Part shown: piece by piece, positions 1-8,923 of the stretch
How the letters are laid out: each line of letters begins with the position of its first letter
Numbering within the stretch: the first letter of the stretch is position 1
Source of the DNA: Candidatus Arthromitus sp. SFB-rat-Yit
GTDB lineage: Bacteria > Bacillota > Clostridia > Clostridiales > Clostridiaceae
Assembly: GCF_000283555.1 (NCBI RefSeq)
Contig: NC_016012.1
Coordinates: forward strand, 840,001-872,000
Direction: 5' to 3'
Length of the DNA stretch: 32,000 nucleotides
Notes under the pieces: model-generated
Database searches by the model: none
What the model saw: only the letters and a program-made list of their open reading frames with translations
Told to the model about the DNA's origin: nothing
Made by a program: the position numbers and the translations under genes

Positions 1-633
1 ATATCTTCCCTCATTTTTAAAATACATAACATCATCGCTAATTTCAACATCAAAATTATTCGAAGTTAGATCAGTTATATCGGATAAAAGCTTATTTACA
101 ATAATTTTTTCAATTCTAACTTTAAATATAACCTTTTCTTCATATAAAACATTATCTACATGAATTTTATTTACATCAAAAAAGTACTGTAATTTTCCAA
201 TAATCTCATACGGAACAATTATTGAGATTTCTTTACCTAAAACTCTATCAACTATCTTCGCTTTATCGATCACTCCACTGGCACCATTTACATAAGCCCT
301 AGTCAATCCTCCAACACCTAAAAGAATTCCTCCGAAATACCTTGTTACTACAACAATAATATCTGTTAATCCTCTTTTCTTAATTAATTCTATTATTGGT
401 ATTCCTGCCGTACCTCGTGGCTCTCCATCATCTGTATATCTTTGAATCAACATATCATTACCAATTACATAAGCATAAACATTGTGCCTAGCTTCATGAT
501 GCTTAGTCTTTATATCATCTATAAATTTTTTAGCCTCATATTCTGACTCAATATGCTTAATGTATCCTATAAAAATAGATTTCTTTTCTTCAAACTTGTA
601 TTCTGTTTCACCTATTATAGTTTTGTAATCCAA
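1..633 (-). CDS. YigZ/IMPACT family protein (partial; C-terminus may extend beyond window edge)
   Basis: Reading the minus strand from a TTG at 633 gives LDYKTIIGETEYKFEEKKSIFIGYIKHIESEYEAKKFIDDIKTKHHEARHNVYAYVIG...RYTDDGEPRGTAGIPIIELI...VVVTRYFGGILLGVGGLTRAY, the YigZ signature. A GGAG motif overlaps the end of hflX just upstream. Not in the supplied ORF track because of the non-ATG start. Confidence 0.9.
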   Translation of the reverse strand, partial: MDYKTIIGETEYKFEEKKSIFIGYIKHIESEYEAKKFIDDIKTKHHEARHNVYAYVIGNDMLIQRYTDDGEPRGTAGIPIIELIKKRGLTDIIVVVTRYFGGILLGVGGLTRAYVNGASGVIDKAKIVDRVLGKEISIIVPYEIIGKLQYFFDVNKIHVDNVLYEEKVIFKVRIEKIIVNKLLSDITDLTSNNFDVEISDDVMYFKNEGRY

Positions 634-636
634 TTT

Positions 637-2466
637 CTAATTCTCCAAACCTTCAATAATATATTTTTTAAATCTATTTAGCTTACTTTTTGGTACATCA
701 AAATTAACAAATGTTCCATTATCCAAATGTTTCTCTTGTATAATTTTGTAATCCTTATAGATAATGTTTAATATTGAATAATCCGAGTATGGAATCAATA
801 ATGACACGTTTTTATATTCCAAGCTTAATGTTTCCTCAATCAAGTTCAATAAGCTATCTATGTTAAATCCATTAAATGCAGAAATAAATATTGATTTTTC
901 ATTAGGATATAGTCTGTGTATTTTTATTTTAAATTCCTCTAATTCCTCATCTTTTAATTTGTCTACTTTATTAAATATCAGTATCCTATTTAAATTTTTA
1001 ATTCCAATTTCTTTCAAAACATTATCAGTTGTATCTATTTCAATTTCAAAATTACTAGAAGAAGAATCTACTACATGCAAAAGTAAATTACTATAAATAA
1101 CCTCCTCCAATGTCGATTTAAATGCATCCACCAAATCATGTGGCAATTTTTTAATGAAACCAACCGTGTCAGTTAAAGAAATTATGGTCTTTCTCGGTAA
1201 TAAAATCTTCCTGACAGTTGTATCCAATGTTGCAAATAACATATCGGCTTCAAACACAAGTTTTTTATCTAACTCTGTTTCACCTTCATTAGATGTCATA
1301 TAAATATAATTTCTTAATGTGGATTTACCTGCATTTGTATATCCTACTATTGATACTTGTGGTATATTGTTCTTTATCCTTGCGTCCCTTTGTACACTTC
1401 TCTCTAACTTTATTTTTTCAATTTCTTTCTTCAAATAATCAATTCTGCTTCTTATATATCTTCTATCCGTTTCAAGTTTAGTTTCTCCTGATCCTCCTCT
1501 TAAGCCTATACCACCTGACGTTCTATTTAAATCAGTATTTAATCCTCTAAGTCTTGAATATTTGTACTTCAATACAGCCAATTCAACTTGATATTTAGAA
1601 ACTTTAGATTTCGCCCTTCTTGCAAATATTTCTAAAATTAAAGTCGTCCTATCTATAACTCTAATTCCTGATATCTCTTCAAGAGCACGTATTTGTGATC
1701 CTGATAAATCATCGTCGAAAATCAACAATTTTATGTTTCTATGATAAATAGAATTTATTATTTCTTTAATCTTTCCCTTACCTATGTAATACATCGAGTC
1801 AGCCTTATCTCTTTTTTGAAAAAATGTATCATCAACATTTATACTGCAAGCATAAGCCAACTCTTTTAATTCTTCAAGACTCTCTAAAGTGTCACATCCT
1901 ATCAAAACGCAATTATCTTCAATTTTATTTTTATATATTTCAAGTTTAAAATTTTTCTCTATCTCTTGTATCTTTGTAAAAATGTCAAAATTCAAATAAT
2001 TTTCTAAATCTGAAAAAATATATTCTTCATATCCATTTCCTTCATAATTTTCTCCATAATTTCCAAGCACTCCTATTGAAAATCCATCAAATAATTTTTC
2101 ATTCGTAATATTAACAGCTGATATAGCATCCAATCTCAAATTTTTTAAACTAGCAATATCAACATTTGATAATTTAGGTGATGCATTTAAATGCGTATGA
2201 ATTACCCTACATCCACTTAATTTTTTCTTCTCTTTCAAATCGATATGAATTTTGGCATCACTACTTGTTCCAATTGAAATGCTATGAACAACTCCAGACC
2301 TTTCTAAAACAATGCATATCTCTTTATTAATTTTTAAACTTATTTCACATACCTTATATAAAATTTCTTCACTGATAATTAAATTTTTATCTGTTTTAAT
2401 ATCATGTAACTTTTCAAGTTCATTAAGATAACTTTTTTTAACGCCACTAATATCACCATGTATCAT
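637..2466 (-). CDS. hflX: GTPase HflX with N-terminal extension
   Basis: 609 aa. G-domain motifs GYTNAGKSTL, DTVGF and NKVD; HflX motif GGxGxRGGSGETKLETDRR; RBS TAGGAG upstream. Confidence 0.96.
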   Translation of the reverse strand: MIHGDISGVKKSYLNELEKLHDIKTDKNLIISEEILYKVCEISLKINKEICIVLERSGVVHSISIGTSSDAKIHIDLKEKKKLSGCRVIHTHLNASPKLSNVDIASLKNLRLDAISAVNITNEKLFDGFSIGVLGNYGENYEGNGYEEYIFSDLENYLNFDIFTKIQEIEKNFKLEIYKNKIEDNCVLIGCDTLESLEELKELAYACSINVDDTFFQKRDKADSMYYIGKGKIKEIINSIYHRNIKLLIFDDDLSGSQIRALEEISGIRVIDRTTLILEIFARRAKSKVSKYQVELAVLKYKYSRLRGLNTDLNRTSGGIGLRGGSGETKLETDRRYIRSRIDYLKKEIEKIKLERSVQRDARIKNNIPQVSIVGYTNAGKSTLRNYIYMTSNEGETELDKKLVFEADMLFATLDTTVRKILLPRKTIISLTDTVGFIKKLPHDLVDAFKSTLEEVIYSNLLLHVVDSSSSNFEIEIDTTDNVLKEIGIKNLNRILIFNKVDKLKDEELEEFKIKIHRLYPNEKSIFISAFNGFNIDSLLNLIEETLSLEYKNVSLLIPYSDYSILNIIYKDYKIIQEKHLDNGTFVNFDVPKSKLNRFKKYIIEGLEN

Positions 2467-2705
2467 AAAATCACTCCTAAGCTATAATTATTTTTTCAAG
2501 AATTATTCATTGTAAAAGTATAGATTATTAATTTCATGAAAGAATTAAAAATATAAGTCAAATAAAAAATAATTACAAATATCTTTAATATCTTTGAATT
2601 TTTCATTTGTTTCGATATTGCCATATTTACATTTTTTTTTGATAGTTATATAATTTAAGGGATTGTATAATCAAACAAGGAGCAAGAATTTACTGGGAGG
2701 AATAT

Positions 2706-5702
2706 ATGTCAAATAATAATAATTCTAGCAATAGTTCAAACTTAAATAATGAAGACAACAAGACTAAAACTATTCAGAATAATATTAACAATAAAAATAG
2801 TAAGAAATCAAAAAAAATTCTAACAACATTTTTAATTTTCATATTGTCAGTATTTTTAATTGGTGCACTTTCTGTTTTTGGATTTACTTTTGCAATAATT
2901 AAGACTTCTCCTCCATTAACTATAGAAGCCGTTACTGATCTTGATCAAGCATCTCAACTATTTGATGCTAATGGCGAGTTTATGGATGAAGTATTAAAAG
3001 CTGAAAAAAGATACGTTATTTCATTAGACGAAATACCTCTTCATTTACGTAATGCATTTATAGCTATAGAAGATGAAAGGTTTTACCAACACTCTGGTAT
3101 AGATGTGCAACGTATAATAGGTGCAGTAATAACTGACATCAAAAAAATTCTAAACAAACAGACAGGATTACATGGAGCTTCTACATTAACACAACAAGTT
3201 ATTAAAAATACTATTTTAACTAACGAAGTATCCATAGTTAGAAAAATACGTGAAATTTATTTAGCTTTAGAATTAGAAAAGCAATTAACAAAAGATCAAA
3301 TATTAGAAATATACTTAAACACAATATTTGTAGGGGGTAATGCATACGGTGTTGAAGCTGGGGCGTTGCAGTATTTTTCCAAAAATGCAAAAGATCTTAC
3401 TCTTGCACAATCCGCCTTTCTAGCTGGATCAACTCAACATCCTACAAGATATTACTCAAGTGCTATTAATTCTTCAGAGAGTCAATTTTATAAAAATAGG
3501 GCATTGACAGTTTTAAATAAAATGCTTGAACTTGGATATGTTGGTCAAGAGGATTATAACAAAGCTGTCGAAGAAATAAACAACGATCAAATTGGTTTCA
3601 ATATCAAAAAATTTAATGATAGTTATAATTATGAGTGGTTTGCTAGACCTGTAGTTGAAGAATTAACTAAAGATTTAAAAGAAGTTTATGGATATACAGA
3701 TGAAGAAATTAAGTTGCATTTAAGAAATGATGGGCTTAAAATTTATACTACAATGGATAAAACTTTGCAAGATCATGCTCAAAACATACTTGATAATGCA
3801 ACAAACTATATAAATTTATCTGAGTGGACAGATGAAAATGGAATAATTCAACCTCAGATGTCTGCTGTTGTTATTGATTTTAAGACTGGTCATGTTAAAA
3901 CAATTATTGGTGGACGTGGAACTCAAGATGCTAATTCGTATAACAGAGCTGCATCTGATAAATTCTTACGTTCTATCGGATCAACAGCAAAACCATTAAC
4001 AGCCTACACTCCTCTTATTGACTTAAAATTAGGTCATGCTGGAACAGGAGTTGAAGATTCTCCTTTATCTAAGGAATTATCTGATAAATACGAAGGATGG
4101 GATCCGACAAATGAAGTTAAAAATAACTTTATAGGATACACAAATATTAGATACTCACTTGAGAGATCTATCAACTTATCAGCTATAAAAATAGTCGATA
4201 CAGTTGGAATTAAAAACTCTTTAGATTATGGTAAAAAATTTGGATTACATTACAACAAAAAGTCAGAGAGTAGTATTGCAACATTAGCTTTAGGACAATT
4301 TAATAATGATCCTACTGATATAGATGGTGGTAACTCACTAATTTTAGCTTCAGCATTTAGCGTTTTTGCAAATGGTGGTGTTTTAACTGAACCTATTACT
4401 TACACTCATGTTGTAGATAAAAATGGTAAAGTAATATTAGAAAACAAACCTGATAAAACTCAAGTTGTTTCTCCTGAAACTGCTTATATAATGTATGATT
4501 TATTAAAAGGTCCTGTTGAAAGATATTCTTCTAAACCTGCTAAATTTAATGACATACCTGTAGTTGGTAAAACAGGTACAACTGAAAACAATAAAGATTT
4601 ATGGTTCGCAGGTACAACTCCTTATATGTCTGCAGCTATTTGGATTGGAGCAGATAAGCCAACAGAACTTAAAGATAAATATGGTAACAAACCTTTTAGT
4701 GGATCTACTGCAAGTGCATTATTTGGAAAGATTATGGCTAAAGCTCATGAATCACTACCACCTATAGATATTCCAAGACCTCAAGATATTGTGTCAGCAA
4801 ATATTTGTAGTGTATCAGGATTATTAGCTGGTCCATATTGTTCTTCTGATCCTAGAGGAAGTAAAGTTTATACAGAGATATTTGTAAAAGGAACTGTTCC
4901 AACTCATACTTGTGATATACACGTTCCTGTAACTATTAACTCATTGACGGGAGCTATAGCAACGGCAAGTACTCCTGAATATTTAAAAGAAACTCGTGTG
5001 TTCTTAAACAGAAAATATACTCCTAGCGTATATTTAAGTGATCAAAAATATGTTGCACCAAAAGTATACGATGATGGATCATATGAATTACCTGACAATA
5101 ATGATAATTTAAACCAAGATGGTGTAGATCCAGATGAAGAGTGGTTTGATAAAAACGATACTACTAAACCACCTGCAGATAATAACAATACAAATACTAC
5201 ACCGCCACCTACTGACAATAATACTGAAACTACTCCACCTGCAGATAATAACAACACAAATACTACACCACCACCTACTGACAATAATACTGAAACTACT
5301 CCACCTGCAGATAATAACAACACAGATAATAACAACACAAATACTACACCACCACCTACTGACAATAATGCTGAAACTACTCCACCTGCAGATAATAACA
5401 ATACAAATACTACACCGCCACCTACTGACAATAATACTGAAACTACTCCACCTACAGATGATAACAATACAAATACTACACCGCCACCTACAAATACAGA
5501 TAAATTTGATCCACCGATAATTGAAGAAACTCCTACTATTCCAACACCAAATCCAACTCCTGAAGTAGGGAATGATTCTAATAATATTAACAACAACAAT
5601 AACAATAATGAAACTACAAACCAATCAAATACAACAAATAATTCTGAAACAGAAAATACTCAAAATGAAAATCTAGATTCAGCTGATTTTGATTTCGGAT
5701 AA
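2706..5702 (+). CDS. Penicillin-binding protein 1A family, bifunctional transglycosylase/transpeptidase with Pro/Thr/Asn-rich repeat tail
   Basis: 998 aa. N-terminal TM. GT51 motifs EDERFYQHSGID and ASTLTQQVIKN. Transpeptidase motifs STAK, SINLS(SxN) and KTGTT. RBS GGGAGG. Confidence 0.96.
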   Translation: MSNNNNSSNSSNLNNEDNKTKTIQNNINNKNSKKSKKILTTFLIFILSVFLIGALSVFGFTFAIIKTSPPLTIEAVTDLDQASQLFDANGEFMDEVLKAEKRYVISLDEIPLHLRNAFIAIEDERFYQHSGIDVQRIIGAVITDIKKILNKQTGLHGASTLTQQVIKNTILTNEVSIVRKIREIYLALELEKQLTKDQILEIYLNTIFVGGNAYGVEAGALQYFSKNAKDLTLAQSAFLAGSTQHPTRYYSSAINSSESQFYKNRALTVLNKMLELGYVGQEDYNKAVEEINNDQIGFNIKKFNDSYNYEWFARPVVEELTKDLKEVYGYTDEEIKLHLRNDGLKIYTTMDKTLQDHAQNILDNATNYINLSEWTDENGIIQPQMSAVVIDFKTGHVKTIIGGRGTQDANSYNRAASDKFLRSIGSTAKPLTAYTPLIDLKLGHAGTGVEDSPLSKELSDKYEGWDPTNEVKNNFIGYTNIRYSLERSINLSAIKIVDTVGIKNSLDYGKKFGLHYNKKSESSIATLALGQFNNDPTDIDGGNSLILASAFSVFANGGVLTEPITYTHVVDKNGKVILENKPDKTQVVSPETAYIMYDLLKGPVERYSSKPAKFNDIPVVGKTGTTENNKDLWFAGTTPYMSAAIWIGADKPTELKDKYGNKPFSGSTASALFGKIMAKAHESLPPIDIPRPQDIVSANICSVSGLLAGPYCSSDPRGSKVYTEIFVKGTVPTHTCDIHVPVTINSLTGAIATASTPEYLKETRVFLNRKYTPSVYLSDQKYVAPKVYDDGSYELPDNNDNLNQDGVDPDEEWFDKNDTTKPPADNNNTNTTPPPTDNNTETTPPADNNNTNTTPPPTDNNTETTPPADNNNTDNNNTNTTPPPTDNNAETTPPADNNNTNTTPPPTDNNTETTPPTDDNNTNTTPPPTNTDKFDPPIIEETPTIPTPNPTPEVGNDSNNINNNNNNNETTNQSNTTNNSETENTQNENLDSADFDFG
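5169..5501 (+). repeat. In-frame minisatellite, 66-bp (22-aa) period, about 5 copies, encoding PPADNNNTNTTPPPTDNNTETT
   Basis: 'ccacct' unit starts at 5169, 5235, 5301, 5382 and 5448. Spacings are 66, 66, 81 and 66. The 81-bp unit contains a duplicated 15-mer, gataataacaacaca. Confidence 0.95.
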
Positions 5703-5715
5703 AATTTTAAAAACA

Positions 5716-5763
5716 AAAAGGCCATATATCATGTAAATTATTTGATATATGACCTTTTTTTAT
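5716..5763. terminator. Bidirectional intrinsic terminator between the convergent PBP and phosphoesterase genes
   Basis: aaaaaggccatatatca-tgtaaattatt-tgatatatgacctttttt, an imperfect GC-topped stem flanked by A-run and T-run. Confidence 0.85.
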
Positions 5764-6212
5764 ATATTAAAAAATTTAACTTGAGGTTTACTCTCAATGT
5801 TCACTACTGCTAAGCTTATAGGTAGAGAAAATCTTCTTGGTCCAAAACTTCCTGGATTTAAAATTAATGTGTCATTAATATATTCTTCTGATGGTTTATG
5901 AGTATGTCCATGTATCACAATATCATAATTTGTATATTCCTCATTCATATAAGTCAAATCATGTATGACATATATACTAAGACTCCCATTCAAATTTAAT
6001 TTTTTATAATCTGGATATATATTTTGATTTAACATAAAATCATTATTTCCACTAATAGCTTCAACTTTACATATGGATTCTAGTTCATATATGGTGCTTT
6101 CTTTCACTATATCTCCTGCATGTATAATAAGATCGCAATCTTTAAAAAATTCATATACTTCTGTTCTTATTAATCCGTGAGTATCCGAAATAACTCCAAT
6201 ATTTTTTAACAA
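5760..6212 (-). CDS. YfcE/MJ0936-like metallophosphoesterase, probable TTG start
   Basis: GVISDTHG, D.IIHAGD, GNND and IVIHGHTHKP motifs. AAGGAGG 7 nt before the TTG at 6212. Confidence 0.93.
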   Translation of the reverse strand: MLKNIGVISDTHGLIRTEVYEFFKDCDLIIHAGDIVKESTIYELESICKVEAISGNNDFMLNQNIYPDYKKLNLNGSLSIYVIHDLTYMNEEYTNYDIVIHGHTHKPSEEYINDTLILNPGSFGPRRFSLPISLAVVNIESKPQVKFFNI

Positions 6213-6227
6213 TAGATATCCTCCTTA

Positions 6228-6266
6228 AAACGAAAAACCCCTTCATATATTTATAAGGAGTTTTTT
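6228..6266 (-). terminator. Intrinsic terminator downstream of the HTH/coiled-coil gene
   Basis: Minus strand AAAAAACTCCTTATAAATATATGAAGGGGGTTTTT. Confidence 0.7.
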
Positions 6267-6276
6267 CATATCAATA

Positions 6277-6843
6277 TTAATTTTTCTTCCACCATTTTTT
6301 TGAATTCTTCTTCGCATCTAACTTACTTCTTAAATAAGGAATATTCTCATCAAATTTTGATGCTCTTTCTTCAAGCATTTCTAAAGTTTTATAGTACATC
6401 GTTTCTTGTAACAATTGTTCTCTATCTTTTTCCATAAGAGATTGACTGTTTTCAATTATAGACATTAACTTTTTAATTTGATTGTCCTTTTCCTTAATTT
6501 GTGCAGTAAGAAGACTTATTGACTCATCTGGATTTTTTTTATCTAACGAATGTCCTCCATTAATATGTAAAGTTTCACTATTATTCTCAGAAGAGTCAGT
6601 AACCATCTCTATCTGTTCAATCTTAGGTTCATCTTCAACAACCTGTTCTTCCGATTCAATTTCTTTACACATTATTTCAGTTAAAATTTGTAATCCTGAC
6701 TCGTCTAAGTATGTTTTCTTACTCTTATAAATAATACTCTCATTTAATTCTTTTGTCTTTCTTAATTCTTCATAAATACTTTTCTCTGAAACATTAAATT
6801 TTTGTGATAATTCTTTAATGCTATATAACTTTTCCAAAGCCAT
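6277..6843 (-). CDS. Hypothetical protein with N-terminal HTH-like segment and C-terminal coiled coil (DUF536-like appearance)
   Basis: 188 aa. YSIKELSQKFNVSEKSIYEELRKT resembles a MerR/HTH N-terminus; Glu/Gln/Lys-rich helical C-terminus (LLTAQIKEKDNQIKKLMSIIENSQ). Confidence 0.7.
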   Translation of the reverse strand: MALEKLYSIKELSQKFNVSEKSIYEELRKTKELNESIIYKSKKTYLDESGLQILTEIMCKEIESEEQVVEDEPKIEQIEMVTDSSENNSETLHINGGHSLDKKNPDESISLLTAQIKEKDNQIKKLMSIIENSQSLMEKDREQLLQETMYYKTLEMLEERASKFDENIPYLRSKLDAKKNSKKWWKKN

Positions 6844-6881
6844 TCCCCTTTTGTCCCATTTTTTTCCATAATTATATGTTA

Positions 6882-6910
6882 ATTATATAATCATCTTAAG
6901 GATTTTTCAA
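6882..6910 (-). promoter_or_regulatory. Candidate sigma-A promoter for the 6277..6843 gene
   Basis: Minus strand TTGAAA (6905-6910), 17-nt spacer, TATAAT (6882-6887). Confidence 0.6.
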
Positions 6911-6958
6911 ATATAATAATAAATATTTACATTTATTTAACTGTTTCAGTGAATATTT

Positions 6959-7807
6959 TTAATTTGCTTGTATTGAGTGAGCTTTTACAACATTGCTCAA
7001 CAAATTAGTTACTGTCAGCAACCCAACTCCCCCTGGAACTGTTGTTATTTTTGAGCATTTCTCTATACAATCAAAAAAGTCAACATCGCCACATAATTTA
7101 TCATCTAAAAAATTTATACCAACATCTAAGATAACTGCATCTTCTTTAATAAAATCACTCTTTAAAAAGTTTGGTTGCCCTATACCAATAACTATAATAT
7201 CTGATTTTAAACATATCTCTTTCAAATTATTTGTATGTGAATGACAAACTGTAACCGTTGCATTATTTTGAAGAAATAAATGCATTAATGGTTTGCCTAC
7301 TAAGTCACTTCTATTAATTATAGCTACATTTTTTCCATCTATATCTAAATCATTATGCTTTAATATTTCTATAACCCCTTGAGCTGTACATGGAATTAAA
7401 CAATCTTTATTGCTGTATAACTTTCCTTTGTTTATAATTGAAAATCCATCTACATCTTTTGTATACAATATAGAATCATTTATAACTTGTGAATCAATAT
7501 GAGCTGGTAATGGAAATTGAACAATTATTCCCGTCACATTATCACTTTCATTTAGTCTATGTATAATTTTTAGCAATTCATCCTGACTCACTTTTTCATC
7601 TAATTTTATTAGTTCTGATTCAATTCTACATCTTTCACATGCTTTTAGCTTATTATTAATGTAAGAATTACTTGCGAAATCATCACCAACTTGTATAATA
7701 ACCAATCTTAACTTCAAAGAATTTTCCAATATATATTTTGCTATACCTACTTCTTTTAAATCTCTATATTCCTTACAATTAAGAATCTTATAAGAATAAT
7801 CTTTCAT
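6959..7807 (-). CDS. folD: Bifunctional methylenetetrahydrofolate dehydrogenase/cyclohydrolase
   Basis: VGDDFASNSYINNKLKACE, GIIVQFPLP, KDVDGF and PCTAQGVIEIL...INRSDLVGKPL motifs. ATG at 7807 preceded by AAGAGGTGA, preferred over the in-frame GTG at 7816. Confidence 0.96.
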   Translation of the reverse strand: MKDYSYKILNCKEYRDLKEVGIAKYILENSLKLRLVIIQVGDDFASNSYINNKLKACERCRIESELIKLDEKVSQDELLKIIHRLNESDNVTGIIVQFPLPAHIDSQVINDSILYTKDVDGFSIINKGKLYSNKDCLIPCTAQGVIEILKHNDLDIDGKNVAIINRSDLVGKPLMHLFLQNNATVTVCHSHTNNLKEICLKSDIIVIGIGQPNFLKSDFIKEDAVILDVGINFLDDKLCGDVDFFDCIEKCSKITTVPGGVGLLTVTNLLSNVVKAHSIQAN

Positions 7808-7856
7808 GAATATCACCTCTTAATAATCATATAAAAATATTTTTTCAAACTCAATA

Positions 7857-8822
7857 TTAAATAAATATAAAATCCTCTAACTCTTTCTTTCCTTGTATGA
7901 TCAAGCTATCTATAATATTTTCATAATTGTATTTATCCAATATGAAGATATAATTTTTTGTTAAATCTGCAGACTTGTCGTTACTATATTCCTCAATACT
8001 CAAATCTCTTACTCTAATATCATTGTTTTTTAAAATTTTGTGTACAGCATTTGAATATTTACTTTTACCGATTATACAAACTTCTCTATTCCTTATATAA
8101 GATTGTAAAAATTTAACTTTAGATTTTATAATCTCCTCAGTGTATTTTTCATTTAAATGTTTTTGTTTATGAACAAATTCCGAATTAACCCTATTTAAAT
8201 AAAGTTTCTTATCTATGATTCCAACTTTAAAATTTTTATTAATCAAATTAAATATAAAATCTAAATCTTCTGAAGATCTAAGTCTAATATCATACTTGAT
8301 TTTATTAAAAATACTTGACCTACACATAAAAGTTCCATGACATATTTTGTGACCATTCAAAAATTTCACTGAAGGATTCTTATCATCAATTTTAAAATTA
8401 AATATTCTTTCACAAAATTTAATATCATCTCCATTTTGGTAATCTGTAAGTTCAATTTCAATAAAAGATCCAACTAATGCAACATCACCATTATCTTTCA
8501 AATATTTAAGTTGAACCTCAATACGTTCTTTAAATGAATGATCATCTCCATCCATTCTCGCTATGTAATCACCCTTTGCATATTCAAGCAACTCATCAAT
8601 TGAATTTGCAACCCCTTTATTATCTCTAGAAATTAATCTAATGTTCTTATTATCCATAGCATACTTTTCAATAATTGAAAGAGAAGCATCTGTAGATCCA
8701 TCATCTAAAATTAATAATTCAATATTTTTATAAGTTTGATTTAAAATACTCTCGATTGCATCAGCTAAATATTTTTCATTATTGTATACAGGCATTATTA
8801 TCGAAACCAAATTATTTTCCAA
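7857..8822 (-). CDS. Family 2 glycosyltransferase with extra C-terminal segment
   Basis: VSIIMPVYNNEKYLADAIESILNQTYKNIELLILDDGSTD...ISRDNKGVANSIDELLEYAKGDYIARMDGDD. Confidence 0.95.
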   Translation of the reverse strand: MENNLVSIIMPVYNNEKYLADAIESILNQTYKNIELLILDDGSTDASLSIIEKYAMDNKNIRLISRDNKGVANSIDELLEYAKGDYIARMDGDDHSFKERIEVQLKYLKDNGDVALVGSFIEIELTDYQNGDDIKFCERIFNFKIDDKNPSVKFLNGHKICHGTFMCRSSIFNKIKYDIRLRSSEDLDFIFNLINKNFKVGIIDKKLYLNRVNSEFVHKQKHLNEKYTEEIIKSKVKFLQSYIRNREVCIIGKSKYSNAVHKILKNNDIRVRDLSIEEYSNDKSADLTKNYIFILDKYNYENIIDSLIIQGKKELEDFIFI

Positions 8823-8923
8823 CTTTTATACCATCCTTTTCAACGAATTATTATAGAACATTATTATTATTTATCAATAAAATATTTATATACTAACTTT
8901 AAATATTAAAAAGGAGCAACTAA

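Noticed and set aside
860-1481. Plus-strand ORFs 860..1096 and 1293..1481 inside hflX
   Set aside because: Short, antisense to a well-supported gene, hydrophobic low-complexity translations.
5169-5501. Regular repeats that could be mistaken for a CRISPR-like array
   Set aside because: Contiguous in-frame tandem repeats without unique spacers, inside a protein-coding sequence, with no cas genes in the window.
5042-5624. Long antisense and alternate-frame ORFs across the PBP tail (5042..5605 -, 5109..5624 -, 5134..5520 +)
   Set aside because: They are by-products of the codon-biased 66-bp repeat, have low-complexity products with no RBS, and the sense frame is clearly the PBP.
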